A stretch of 64,000 nucleotides of DNA, from NCBI GenBank assembly GCA_964458415.1, contig CAYWIT010000004.1, positions 81,493 to 145,492 of the forward strand, written 5' to 3'. The DNA comes from an uncultured Rhodospirillaceae bacterium (GTDB lineage Bacteria > Pseudomonadota > Alphaproteobacteria > Micavibrionales > UBA2020). Position numbers and translations under genes: made by a program. The first letter of the stretch is position 1. Every line of letters starts with the position of its first letter. Shown one piece after another: positions 1-8,256 of the stretch. The notes beneath the pieces are model-generated. The model made no database searches. It saw only the letters and a program-made list of their open reading frames with translations, and had not been told where the DNA came from.

Positions 1-888
1 ACCGTCAAGCGCAATGATACCGCGCTGGGGATGACCTGTTTCGATCAGGCGATGGGGCTGACCTCGCGCCTCGGGCTGATTTTTTCTGATGTTATTCCAG
101 ACGTGCCGCCGCCGCCAAATACAACGGTATTTACGCCGCCGCTGGCTTATCCTGAGTTTGGCGCGGATGAATATCTCATCGAGGCGCTGGGGGACGTTGT
201 GGATCCGGTGCTGACGAATTATCTGGACGATTTCATCGGGACCGCCTCCGATTTGCTCGGTTTGGGAACGGCGACGAGCCTGTTTTCTGCTCTTCTTGGG
301 GGTATTTCAGGAACGATCGGTAGTATTACCGGTTTAATTAGTGGTTTTCTTGGAACAATTACGACCTTGAATGGCTGGATCACGACAATTACATCGATTG
401 CCAGCACTCTATCCTTGCCCTTGCCGGCGGCATCCATTATGGCAGTCACCGCTTTTTTGAATACGGTGCAAAGTACTATTTCCAGCATGATGTCCAGTAT
501 TCAGTCGGCGATGTCGGCGGCCATTATGCCGGTGATTAATTCGATTACCGCATATATTGCTGGCCCGGCAACGGATATGACCTGTGACCGTATCGAGAAG
601 CTGTGGAGCACGGCGACACCGACCGCGGATGCCGCCCCGATTGAAGGCGCGGGCATCGAGGGCGGGACACCCTATTTCGAGTATGAAAAACTGTTGACCG
701 GTGCTCCTGCCGGTGTCGGCTCCGACCTTCTGAGCGAGCTGACAGCGGGCTCGAACGGAACAATCCTCAGTGATGCAATGGCGGATCTGACCGGGCCGCT
801 GGCGGCGCCGGGAACGCTGTCAAGCTGGAAGATTGCGCCGGTCTTTCCGCCGGGTACCGGAACGGCGGCGATTATCGGCGGGATGTAA
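1..888 (+). CDS. hypothetical protein, 5'-truncated by window edge (Ser/Thr/Gly/Ile-rich hydrophobic core, Pro-rich flanks)
   Basis: Frame 1 is open from base 1, with no stop before the ATG at 31, and stops at 886-888. No motif I can assign to a family. Confidence 0.5.
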   Translation, partial: TVKRNDTALGMTCFDQAMGLTSRLGLIFSDVIPDVPPPPNTTVFTPPLAYPEFGADEYLIEALGDVVDPVLTNYLDDFIGTASDLLGLGTATSLFSALLGGISGTIGSITGLISGFLGTITTLNGWITTITSIASTLSLPLPAASIMAVTAFLNTVQSTISSMMSSIQSAMSAAIMPVINSITAYIAGPATDMTCDRIEKLWSTATPTADAAPIEGAGIEGGTPYFEYEKLLTGAPAGVGSDLLSELTAGSNGTILSDAMADLTGPLAAPGTLSSWKIAPVFPPGTGTAAIIGGM

Positions 889-896
889 CGCCAAGG

Positions 897-1176
897 TTAG
901 TGATCTGACTTTTTCAGTTGTTCCAACAGGCGTTTCTGGAAGCCGACGGCATCACGATGGTGTTCAAGAAACAGGGCGATGGCTTCTTTGGCGGCCTTGC
1001 TGTCATAGGGAACGGTTCCGGCGTTTTTTTTTGGCAGCGGGCGCTTCCTGTTTTGCGCCGGACTGTTTCTTTTTTGCGGCCTGTGCCGCTTTTTCCAACA
1101 CCTGCGGATCGATTCTGGCGCGTGCCTGACGGATCAGGGCCTTGAGTTCGGCCAGCGCTTTTTCACGACGATCCAT
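897..1176 (-). pseudogene. small (about 92 aa) helical/Lys-rich ORF split by an A9 homopolymer (frameshift, slippage site or sequencing error)
   Basis: ATG at 1176 opens MDRREKALAELKALIRQARARIDPQVLEKAAQAAKKK..., which stops at TGA 1003-1005 just after the A9 tract (T9 on + strand, 1024-1032). The +1 frame stays open to TAA 897-899 (..NAGTVPYDSKAAKEAIALFLEHHRDAVGFQKRLLEQLKKSDH) and has no start codon of its own. Confidence 0.3.
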
Positions 1177-1273
1177 GTTCAATTCCTTGTTTTTCAAAGC
1201 AAATTTTAGACATCGGCTTGTGCTGGCGCAAGAAAAACTTGAAAAAAAAGTGAAAAAATTCAATAAGAAAGAT

Positions 1274-2575
1274 ATGTTTTTGGCGCTCTATAAATCGCTG
1301 ATGCGGCTTTCCACGCCGTTGCTGGAATTGTATCTGGCCCGACGGCGGCGTCAGGGCAAGGAGGATCCCCTGCGGGCAGGGGAACGGCGGGGACGTCCCC
1401 TGCGCGCGCGCGGCACGGGGCCGCTGGTCTGGTTTCACGGGGCCAGCGTGGGGGAATCGCTTTCCCTGCTGGCGCTGGTGGAACGTGTATTGCGACAGTA
1501 TCCGGGTATTGAAGTCATGGTGACGACGGGAACGGTGACTTCTGCAAGCCTGATGCAGGCCCGGCTGCCGCAGGGCGCTTTCCATCAATACATGCCGGTG
1601 GATCATCCGCGCTGGACGGAATCTTTTCTTGAACACTGGCGGCCCGATCTGGTGATCTGGTCGGAATCCGAATTCTGGCCGAATATGCTGGCCGGAATTA
1701 AAAAACGGCATATCCCCGCCGTTCTGCTGAATGCCCGCCTGTCAGAGTCTTCTTTCCGGCGCTGGCGGCGCGCGCGGGGTGCGGCCCGGACGGTGCTGGA
1801 AACCTTTGCGCTTTGTCTCGGGCAAAATGCCACGGAGGCAGAGCGCTTGCGGATGCTGGGCGCAGGGGCAGTGCGGGTCTCCGCCAATCTGAAATATGCG
1901 GCGGCGCCTTTGCCGCATGATCCGACGGCGCTTGCCGCCCTGCGCGATAAAATCGGGACGCGTCCGCTTTTGCTCTGGGCCAGCACGCATCCGGGGGAAG
2001 AAGAGATGGCGGCGCGCGTTCATCTCCGGCTGAAGCCGGCGTTTCCGGCGCTGCTGACGGTTATCGTGCCGCGCCATCCCGTGCGCGGCGGGCAGATTGC
2101 AGAAATTCTGCGCACGGCAGGGCTGAGCGTGGTGCAACGGTCTGGCGGGGCGTTTCCGGCGGCGGATGACGATGTTTATCTGGCCGATACTCTGGGGGAG
2201 CTGGGGCTGTTTTTCCGTCTGGCGCGGCTGGTTGTCATGGGCGGGAGTTTCGCCGCTATCGGCGGCCATAATCCGATCGAGCCGGCCCAGCTGGACTGTG
2301 TTATTTTCTACGGGCCGCAGATGTATAATTTCATCACGATCCGGGAGGATTTCTCCGCGCGGCAGGCGGCGTTGCCGGTCCGTGATGAAGATGATCTGGT
2401 GCAAAAACTGTCGGAAGCCTTGCATCATCCGGAGGATCTGGCCCCCGTCGCCGCGGCCGCGCTGGCGCTGACGGAAGAAAAAGCGCCGGTGCTGGAGACG
2501 CTTATGCAGGAGCTTTCCCCTTGGCTGGAAAAGATCGCGCAGAATGATCAGGAAAAGGAGAAAGCCGCATGCTAA
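1274..2575 (+). CDS. waaA: 3-deoxy-D-manno-octulosonic acid (Kdo) transferase
   Basis: ORF 1142-2575. MFLALYKSLMRLSTPLLELYLARRRRQGKEDP...WFHGASVGE is a typical KdtA/WaaA N-terminus, so ATG 1274 is preferred over TTG 1142. 7-nt overlap with lpxK. Confidence 0.9.
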   Translation: MFLALYKSLMRLSTPLLELYLARRRRQGKEDPLRAGERRGRPLRARGTGPLVWFHGASVGESLSLLALVERVLRQYPGIEVMVTTGTVTSASLMQARLPQGAFHQYMPVDHPRWTESFLEHWRPDLVIWSESEFWPNMLAGIKKRHIPAVLLNARLSESSFRRWRRARGAARTVLETFALCLGQNATEAERLRMLGAGAVRVSANLKYAAAPLPHDPTALAALRDKIGTRPLLLWASTHPGEEEMAARVHLRLKPAFPALLTVIVPRHPVRGGQIAEILRTAGLSVVQRSGGAFPAADDDVYLADTLGELGLFFRLARLVVMGGSFAAIGGHNPIEPAQLDCVIFYGPQMYNFITIREDFSARQAALPVRDEDDLVQKLSEALHHPEDLAPVAAAALALTEEKAPVLETLMQELSPWLEKIAQNDQEKEKAAC

Positions 2576-3579
2576 TCAAAACGCCGTCGTTCTGGTACGC
2601 AACGCGTAAACCTGCCGACAGGTTCTGGCCGGTTGTGCTGGCGCCGCTGGGGAAAATATATGGTTGGGCGGTGCGGAAAAGATTCGACATGCATTACCCC
2701 ATTCCGCTGGCGAAGCCGGTTGTCTGCATCGGCAATATCGTTGCGGGCGGGGCCGGCAAGACACCGGTGGTCCTGTCATTGACAGGGTTGCTCATCGAAA
2801 AAGGCTATAATCCACATATTCTTTCCCGGGGGTATGGCGGGGCGGAAGAGGGTCCGTTGCAGGTCAGCCCCGGACGGGACACGGCGGCGGATGTCGGGGA
2901 CGAACCGTTGTTGCTGGTGGAAAAGGCCCCGACCTGGGTGGCGAAGAGCCGCGCGCTGGGCGCGCAGGCGGCGATTGATACGGGGGCGGATATTATCGTC
3001 ATGGACGATGGCTTTCAGAATCCGGCGCTTTATAAGGATTTTTCCCTGCTGGTGATCGACGGAGCGGCCGGTTTCGGTAACGGGCGGGTGATGCCGGCGG
3101 GGCCGTTGCGCGAAGAAGTTTCTTTTGCGCTGGAACGGGCGGACGCTGTGGTTATTGTCGGCGCGGACAAGGCGGGCGTGGCGGTGCAGATCGCGCGTTA
3201 CCGGCAGGATCTTCCGGTTTTAGGCGCACGGCTGACGCCAACGGCAGAAAATCCGGATTTATCCGGCAAGACGGTTTATGCCTTTGCCGGAATTGGCCGT
3301 CCTGAAAAATTTAGGGAAACGCTGGAGGCGGCGGGCGCGCAGCTGGAAGGCTGGGCGGAATTTCCCGATCATTTCAGCTATCTGGCGGAAGATCTGGCGG
3401 AGCTGTTCGCGGCAGCAGAGCAGAGCGGCGCTTTGATCATCACGACGGCGAAGGATTACGTCCGCCTGCCGGAATCTCTTAAAGCCAAGGTTCATGTGTT
3501 CCATGTGGCGCTGGAATGGCAGGATGCACAGGAGGTTTTGCGGTTGCTGGAATCCGGTCTGGCGAAAAGGGCGTCATGA
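2569..3579 (+). CDS. lpxK: tetraacyldisaccharide 4'-kinase
   Basis: 336 aa. P-loop context VVCIGNIVAGGAGKTP and overall LpxK-like sequence. Translationally coupled on both sides. Confidence 0.9.
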   Translation: MLIKTPSFWYATRKPADRFWPVVLAPLGKIYGWAVRKRFDMHYPIPLAKPVVCIGNIVAGGAGKTPVVLSLTGLLIEKGYNPHILSRGYGGAEEGPLQVSPGRDTAADVGDEPLLLVEKAPTWVAKSRALGAQAAIDTGADIIVMDDGFQNPALYKDFSLLVIDGAAGFGNGRVMPAGPLREEVSFALERADAVVIVGADKAGVAVQIARYRQDLPVLGARLTPTAENPDLSGKTVYAFAGIGRPEKFRETLEAAGAQLEGWAEFPDHFSYLAEDLAELFAAAEQSGALIITTAKDYVRLPESLKAKVHVFHVALEWQDAQEVLRLLESGLAKRAS

Positions 3580-4457
3580 AAAACAGAACTTCCTTCTTCA
3601 GAAGAATGCGTTACGGGCTGGAAACGGTGCTGGCCTATCTGGTTTACGGGTTTTTCCGTCTGCTGCCTCTTTCCGGCGCTTCCGCTACCGGCGGTTTTCT
3701 GTTGCGTGCGCTGGGCCCGCGGATGGGGATTTCCCGCATTGCGCTGAAGAATCTGGATCTGGCCTTTCCTGAAAAATCGTCGGCGGAAAAACAGCGCATT
3801 CTTGTCGGCATGTGGGACAATCTGGGCCGTGTCATCGCCGAATATCCGCATCTGCACCGGATCTGGCCTTGCGTGGAACTGGCGGGCAGGGAGCATCTGG
3901 AAGCGGCGCGTGATAGCGGCAGGCCAGCCATTTTTCTGGCCGGGCATCTGGCAAACTGGGAGATCAACGCCATCGGCGCGCGGCAATGCGGCCTGCCGCT
4001 GCATCTGGTGTACCGCAAACCGAATAATAGCGGGGTTGACGGGCTCCTGCGGCATGCCCGCGATTCCGGCGCCACCGGCCATATTGAAAAAGGGGCTGCG
4101 GGTGCGCGGGAAATTTTTTCTTTGTTGCGGCAAGGGCAGGCGATCGGGATGCTGGTGGACCAGAAGCTCAACGAGGGCGTGGCGGTGCCGTTTTTTGGCC
4201 ATCTTGCCATGACCGCCAGCGCTTTTGCGCAGTTCGCGCTGAAGTTTGATTGTCCGCTGTATCCGTCAAGAATCGAGCGGCTGGAGGGGTGCCGTTTTCG
4301 CATGACCGTGTTTCCAGCGTTGAACGTTACGCGTACGGGAGACAAGGAAGCGGATGTACAGAACATCCTTGTGGCCATGAATGCAATGCTGGAAGACTGG
4401 ATCCGGGCGCGGCCGGAGCAATGGCTCTGGATTCACAAGCGTTGGCCGCAGGGATAG
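3576..4457 (+). CDS. lipid A biosynthesis lauroyl/late acyltransferase (LpxL/HtrB family)
   Basis: ATG 3576 overlaps the lpxK stop (ATGA). N-terminal TM segment, then ALKNLDLAFPEKS...FLAGHLANWE (HX4E-type acyltransferase motif) and a C-terminal PEQWLWIHKRW typical of the family. Confidence 0.8.
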   Translation: MKNRTSFFRRMRYGLETVLAYLVYGFFRLLPLSGASATGGFLLRALGPRMGISRIALKNLDLAFPEKSSAEKQRILVGMWDNLGRVIAEYPHLHRIWPCVELAGREHLEAARDSGRPAIFLAGHLANWEINAIGARQCGLPLHLVYRKPNNSGVDGLLRHARDSGATGHIEKGAAGAREIFSLLRQGQAIGMLVDQKLNEGVAVPFFGHLAMTASAFAQFALKFDCPLYPSRIERLEGCRFRMTVFPALNVTRTGDKEADVQNILVAMNAMLEDWIRARPEQWLWIHKRWPQG

Positions 4458-4561
4458 GGCTATTCTTTACATATAAAACAAGAAATACCTGCGCGTTTCT
4501 TTTTCAAAGAAAAGTATGCTACGGTAGCCGGATGATTTTCCCGCGTTGAAAGGATGTTGCC

Positions 4562-4945
4562 ATGACTTTTGTTATTCCTGTGAATCAGGATAATTTTGAA
4601 AAGGAGGTTCTGGAATCGGATCAGCTGGTCCTGATCGATTTTTATGCTGACTGGTGCGGCCCGTGCAAGGATCTGGCGCCGGTCCTGGAAAAATTCGCCG
4701 CAGAAAACCAGAGCAAGGTCAAAGTCGTTAAAATCAATGTCGATGAAAATCCGGAATTGTCGGCAAAGTTCAATATCCGTTCTGTTCCGACGCTGGTGAC
4801 GATGAAGAATGAAACAGCGATATACATGGCCGCCGGCGCTTTGCCCAAGGACATGCTGGAGCGTTTTGTGAACGACTCTTTACAAAAGGCGGATGAGGCC
4901 AATATTATAAAGCACAAGCCGTCGGGTAAAGGTCCGGCGCCCTGA
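4562..4945 (+). CDS. thioredoxin (WCGPC) with about 20-aa C-terminal extension
   Basis: 127 aa. LIDFYADWCGPCKDLAPVLE...VKINVDENP...IRSVPTL thioredoxin fold signature. Confidence 0.85.
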   Translation: MTFVIPVNQDNFEKEVLESDQLVLIDFYADWCGPCKDLAPVLEKFAAENQSKVKVVKINVDENPELSAKFNIRSVPTLVTMKNETAIYMAAGALPKDMLERFVNDSLQKADEANIIKHKPSGKGPAP

Positions 4946-4968
4946 AACATATAAAAACGGAGGAAAAC

Positions 4969-5289
4969 ATGGGTGCGCAACAAGTTACAGACAAGGATTT
5001 CGAAGCGGAAGTCCTGAAATCTCCGGGACCCGTTCTGGTGGATTTCTGGGCGGAATGGTGCGGCCCCTGCCGCGCGCTGGGACCCAGCCTTGAGGCTTTG
5101 GCCGCAGAAAAAGGCGCCGATGTGAAGGTCGTTAAAGTAAATATCGATGAAAATCCGCAAGCGCCCTCCAAATACGGCGTGCGTTCTATCCCGACCCTGC
5201 TGATTTTTAAAAATGGCGAGGTCGTGGCGCAGACAGTCGGGGCCATGCAGAAATCCGACCTGTTCAAATGGGTGGAAAGCAGCATTTGA
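4969..5289 (+). CDS. trxA: thioredoxin
   Basis: 106 aa of canonical length. LVDFWAEWCGPCRALGP...VKVNIDENP...GVRSIPTLLIFKNGE. Confidence 0.9.
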   Translation: MGAQQVTDKDFEAEVLKSPGPVLVDFWAEWCGPCRALGPSLEALAAEKGADVKVVKVNIDENPQAPSKYGVRSIPTLLIFKNGEVVAQTVGAMQKSDLFKWVESSI

Positions 5290-5741
5290 TACGGAAAAAT
5301 TTTCTCTTCCCGCTGGGCGTGTTTTTGCTTTTGGTTTTACTGACTGTCACGGGCGTCGGCGCGGCTGATGATCCGGCGGAAGGGAAAGTGCCTGTTGTCA
5401 CCGCTGAAAATTTTCAGGCGGCGGTGATGGAATCGTCCCTGCCGGTGCTTGTCCAGTTTCACGCCGAATGGTGTCCCTATTGCCGCGCGGTGCAACCGGG
5501 GCTGCAGGCTTTGTCTGCGGCACGGCGCGGAAAGCTGCAGGTTTTTAAAGTCGATATCGATCAGGATCCGGAACTGGCGCAGCGGTTCAAGGTGGAGTCC
5601 ATCCCGCATTTTGTCCTGCTGAATGCCGGAGAAATAATGGAACAAAGCGAAAAAGTCATGCGGGACGGAGCGCTACAGGAATGGGCCGACAAAATCCTGT
5701 CAAGAATACCGTCGTCCTCCGTCGCCGCTCCGGCTCTTTAA
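5268..5741 (+). CDS. exported/membrane-anchored thioredoxin-fold protein with CPYC active site
   Basis: 157 aa. N-terminal hydrophobic signal (FLFPLGVFLLLVLLTVTGVGA/ADD), then VQFHAEWCPYCRAV...VDIDQDPELA. Start is either ATG 5268 or the TTG at 5286, which overlaps the trxA stop (TTGA). Confidence 0.75.
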   Translation: MGGKQHLIRKNFLFPLGVFLLLVLLTVTGVGAADDPAEGKVPVVTAENFQAAVMESSLPVLVQFHAEWCPYCRAVQPGLQALSAARRGKLQVFKVDIDQDPELAQRFKVESIPHFVLLNAGEIMEQSEKVMRDGALQEWADKILSRIPSSSVAAPAL

Positions 5742-5752
5742 AATAAAATCCA

Positions 5753-5821
5753 GCGATCAAATCATCGATTTTTTATTTGGCGATCAGATCATCGCTTTTT
5801 TATTTGGCGATCAGATCATTG
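5753..5821. repeat. 27-bp tandem repeat, about 2.5 copies, duplicating the 3' end of fabG
   Basis: gcgatcaaatcatcgattttttatttg (5753-5779), gcgatcagatcatcgcttttttatttg (5780-5806), then gcgatcagatcattg (5807-5821), which contains the fabG stop and last codons. Each full unit has a GCGAT..ATCG(C) mini-hairpin followed by T6. Confidence 0.9.
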
Positions 5822-6548
5822 CCATACCGCCATTAACGTGCAGCGTCTGGCCGGTCATGTATTTTGCTTCATCGGAGGCAAGGTAGACGACGGCGGCGGC
5901 GATGTCTTCGGGGGTGCCCATGGCTCCCGCCGGAATGGTGGCGTTGATTTTGTCCTTTTGCTCGTCATTCAGCGCTTCGGTCATGGCCGTGGCGATAAAG
6001 CCGGGGGCCACGCAATTGAGAGTGATGCCGCGGGCGGCGACCTCGGCGGCCATGGATTTCGTCATGCCGATCATCCCCGCCTTGGAAGCGCAGTAATTGG
6101 CCTGTCCTGGGTTGCCGGTGACGCCGACAACGGAGGTGATATTGATCACGCGGCCCCATCTTTTTTTCATCATGCCGCGGATGGCGGAACGGATCAGGCG
6201 GAACGGCGCCGTCAGGTTCACGTCCTGCACCACCTGCCAGTCCTCGTCCTTCATGCGCATGAACAGACCGTCTTTGGTCAGGCCGGCATTGTTGACAAGG
6301 ATATCGATGCCGTTCATTTTTTCTTCGGCTTCCTTGATCACGGCATCTGCCGCAGCGGCTGTATCCAGCGCGCCTGCGATGACATGACAGCGCTCTCCCA
6401 GCTCCGTTGCCAGTTTCTGCAGCGATTCCGCGTTGCGTCCGTTGAGCGCGACGGTGGCGCCCTGCGCATGCAGCGCCCTGGCGATGGCACCGCCGATGCC
6501 GCCAGAAGCGCCGGTGATCAGGGCTGTTTTTCCTGCGAGATTGAACAT
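5811..6548 (-). CDS. fabG: 3-oxoacyl-[acyl-carrier-protein] reductase
   Basis: 245 aa SDR. TGASGGIGGAIA, NNAGLT, and the YCASKAG catalytic motif. Adjacent to fabD. Confidence 0.9.
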   Translation of the reverse strand: MFNLAGKTALITGASGGIGGAIARALHAQGATVALNGRNAESLQKLATELGERCHVIAGALDTAAAADAVIKEAEEKMNGIDILVNNAGLTKDGLFMRMKDEDWQVVQDVNLTAPFRLIRSAIRGMMKKRWGRVINITSVVGVTGNPGQANYCASKAGMIGMTKSMAAEVAARGITLNCVAPGFIATAMTEALNDEQKDKINATIPAGAMGTPEDIAAAVVYLASDEAKYMTGQTLHVNGGMAMI

Positions 6549-6550
6549 GG

Positions 6551-7477
6551 TTATGCTCCCTTCATAAAGTCTTCGATGTCCTGTGGCGTGCCGATGCTGC
6601 GGCCCGCAAGATCCTTGTCGATGCGCTTTGTCAATCCGGACAGGACCTTTCCCGCGCCAAGTTCGACGAGTTCCGTCACGCCCTGCGTCTTCATATAGAG
6701 GACGGATTCACGCCACCGGACCATGCCGGTAACCTGATCGACCAGCAGCTGGCGGATCCGTGCCGGATCGGCGACCTGATCGGCGATGACGTTGGCGACC
6801 AGCGGAATAACCGGCGGCGCAATTTCGACACGGGACAAGGCGTCGCGCATAACCTCGGCGGCGGGCTGCATCAGGGCGCAATGAAAGGGGGCGGAAACCG
6901 GCAGGAGAATTGCGCGCTTGGCGCCTTTTACCGTGGCAAGGGCAATGGCTTTTTCCACGGCGGCCTTGTGACCGGAAATGACGATCTGGCCGAAGGAGTT
7001 GTCATTGGCGGCGGCGACGACTTCAGCCGTAGCAGCTTCTTTGACAATTGCGGCGATATCCGGCAGTTCCAGACCGAGAATGGCGGCCATGGCGCCAACC
7101 CCGACCGGCACGGCCTTCTGCATGGCCTGTCCCCGTATTTTTAGCAGACGGGCGGCATCGCCCAGCGTGAACGATCCGGCGGCTGTCAGCGCGGAATATT
7201 CTCCAAGAGAATGTCCGGCCACAAACTGTGCCTGCGGAATTTGTTCCTTCAACAGGCGGGCCACGGCGACGGAAACGGCCATCAGGGCGGGCTGGGTATT
7301 TTCCGTCAGGTTCAGATCGGTCTCCGGTCCCTCGAACATGATTTTGGTCAGGTTCTGCGAAAGGGCGTCATCCACTTCCTGAAAGGTTTCCTTGACCAGC
7401 GGGAAGGCATGGGCAAGATCCCTGCCCATGCCGACAAACTGGCTACCCTGACCGGGAAATACGAAAGCTCTGCTCAT
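6551..7477 (-). CDS. fabD: malonyl CoA-ACP transacylase
   Basis: 308 aa. FVFPGQGSQ start and the GHSLGEYSAL active-site motif. Confidence 0.9.
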   Translation of the reverse strand: MSRAFVFPGQGSQFVGMGRDLAHAFPLVKETFQEVDDALSQNLTKIMFEGPETDLNLTENTQPALMAVSVAVARLLKEQIPQAQFVAGHSLGEYSALTAAGSFTLGDAARLLKIRGQAMQKAVPVGVGAMAAILGLELPDIAAIVKEAATAEVVAAANDNSFGQIVISGHKAAVEKAIALATVKGAKRAILLPVSAPFHCALMQPAAEVMRDALSRVEIAPPVIPLVANVIADQVADPARIRQLLVDQVTGMVRWRESVLYMKTQGVTELVELGAGKVLSGLTKRIDKDLAGRSIGTPQDIEDFMKGA

Positions 7478-7520
7478 TTACATCATCCTATAAAGAGTTA
7501 ACAATTTCAGGGGTGGAACC

Positions 7521-8207
7521 CTAATTTTTCCGCCACTGATTATCCTTGATCCTGTCAAGAAAAGCCTCGTGTTCCGCAATTTCTGCCGTTGTCGGCGGAA
7601 AACTGCGGTGCGGACGGTTCTGGCGCGGAATGCGGGCGTGCAGCTGTACTGCGGCCATCCGCGCTTCTTCGGACGCGAGGCCCAGGCCGTGCTGTCGCCC
7701 CCCCATCAGTTCCAGATAAACCTCGGCGAGAAGTTCGGAGTCGAGCAGGGCGCCGTGGAATTTGCGGTTGGAGTTATCGATTTTGAAGCGCCGGCACAAA
7801 GCGTCAAGATTGGCAGGCTGACCCGGGAATTTCTGCCGCGCCATCGGCAGGGTATCCACCACGCGGGTCATCGTGATCGCCTTGAATCCGGCAGACTTCA
7901 GTTCGGCATTGATGAACTTCATGTCGAATTCGGCATTATGGATGATCAGCGTATCCGTGCCGATAAAGTCGAGGAAGTCGCCGACCTTTTCGGTGAAGAA
8001 GGGATGTTCCTTCAAAAATTCTGTTGTCAGGCCGTGGACGCGGGTGGCTTCGGCGGGAACATCGCGGGCCGGATTCAGATAGGTGTGAAAAACGTTTCCG
8101 GTCGGCAGATGGTTTTCAAGCTCGACACAGCCGATTTCCACCAGCTTGTGACCTTCATCGGGTTCCAGCCCCGTTGTTTCTGTATCAAGGACGATTTCGC
8201 GCGACAT
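7521..8207 (-). CDS. dnaQ: DNA polymerase III subunit epsilon (3'-5' exonuclease)
   Basis: 228 aa. Exo I motif VLDTETTGL, IHNAEFD, and the HGALLDSELLAEVY Exo III motif. Confidence 0.9.
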   Translation of the reverse strand: MSREIVLDTETTGLEPDEGHKLVEIGCVELENHLPTGNVFHTYLNPARDVPAEATRVHGLTTEFLKEHPFFTEKVGDFLDFIGTDTLIIHNAEFDMKFINAELKSAGFKAITMTRVVDTLPMARQKFPGQPANLDALCRRFKIDNSNRKFHGALLDSELLAEVYLELMGGRQHGLGLASEEARMAAVQLHARIPRQNRPHRSFPPTTAEIAEHEAFLDRIKDNQWRKN

Positions 8208-8256
8208 AGGGCGAAACTAGCAAAGGCCGCGCCTTTATTCAATCTTTCATGCGGAC

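Noticed and set aside
5753-5821. Possible CRISPR-like or REP-type repeat array
   Set aside because: There are only about 2.5 directly abutting copies with no spacers and no cas genes. It is explained by duplication of the fabG 3' end.
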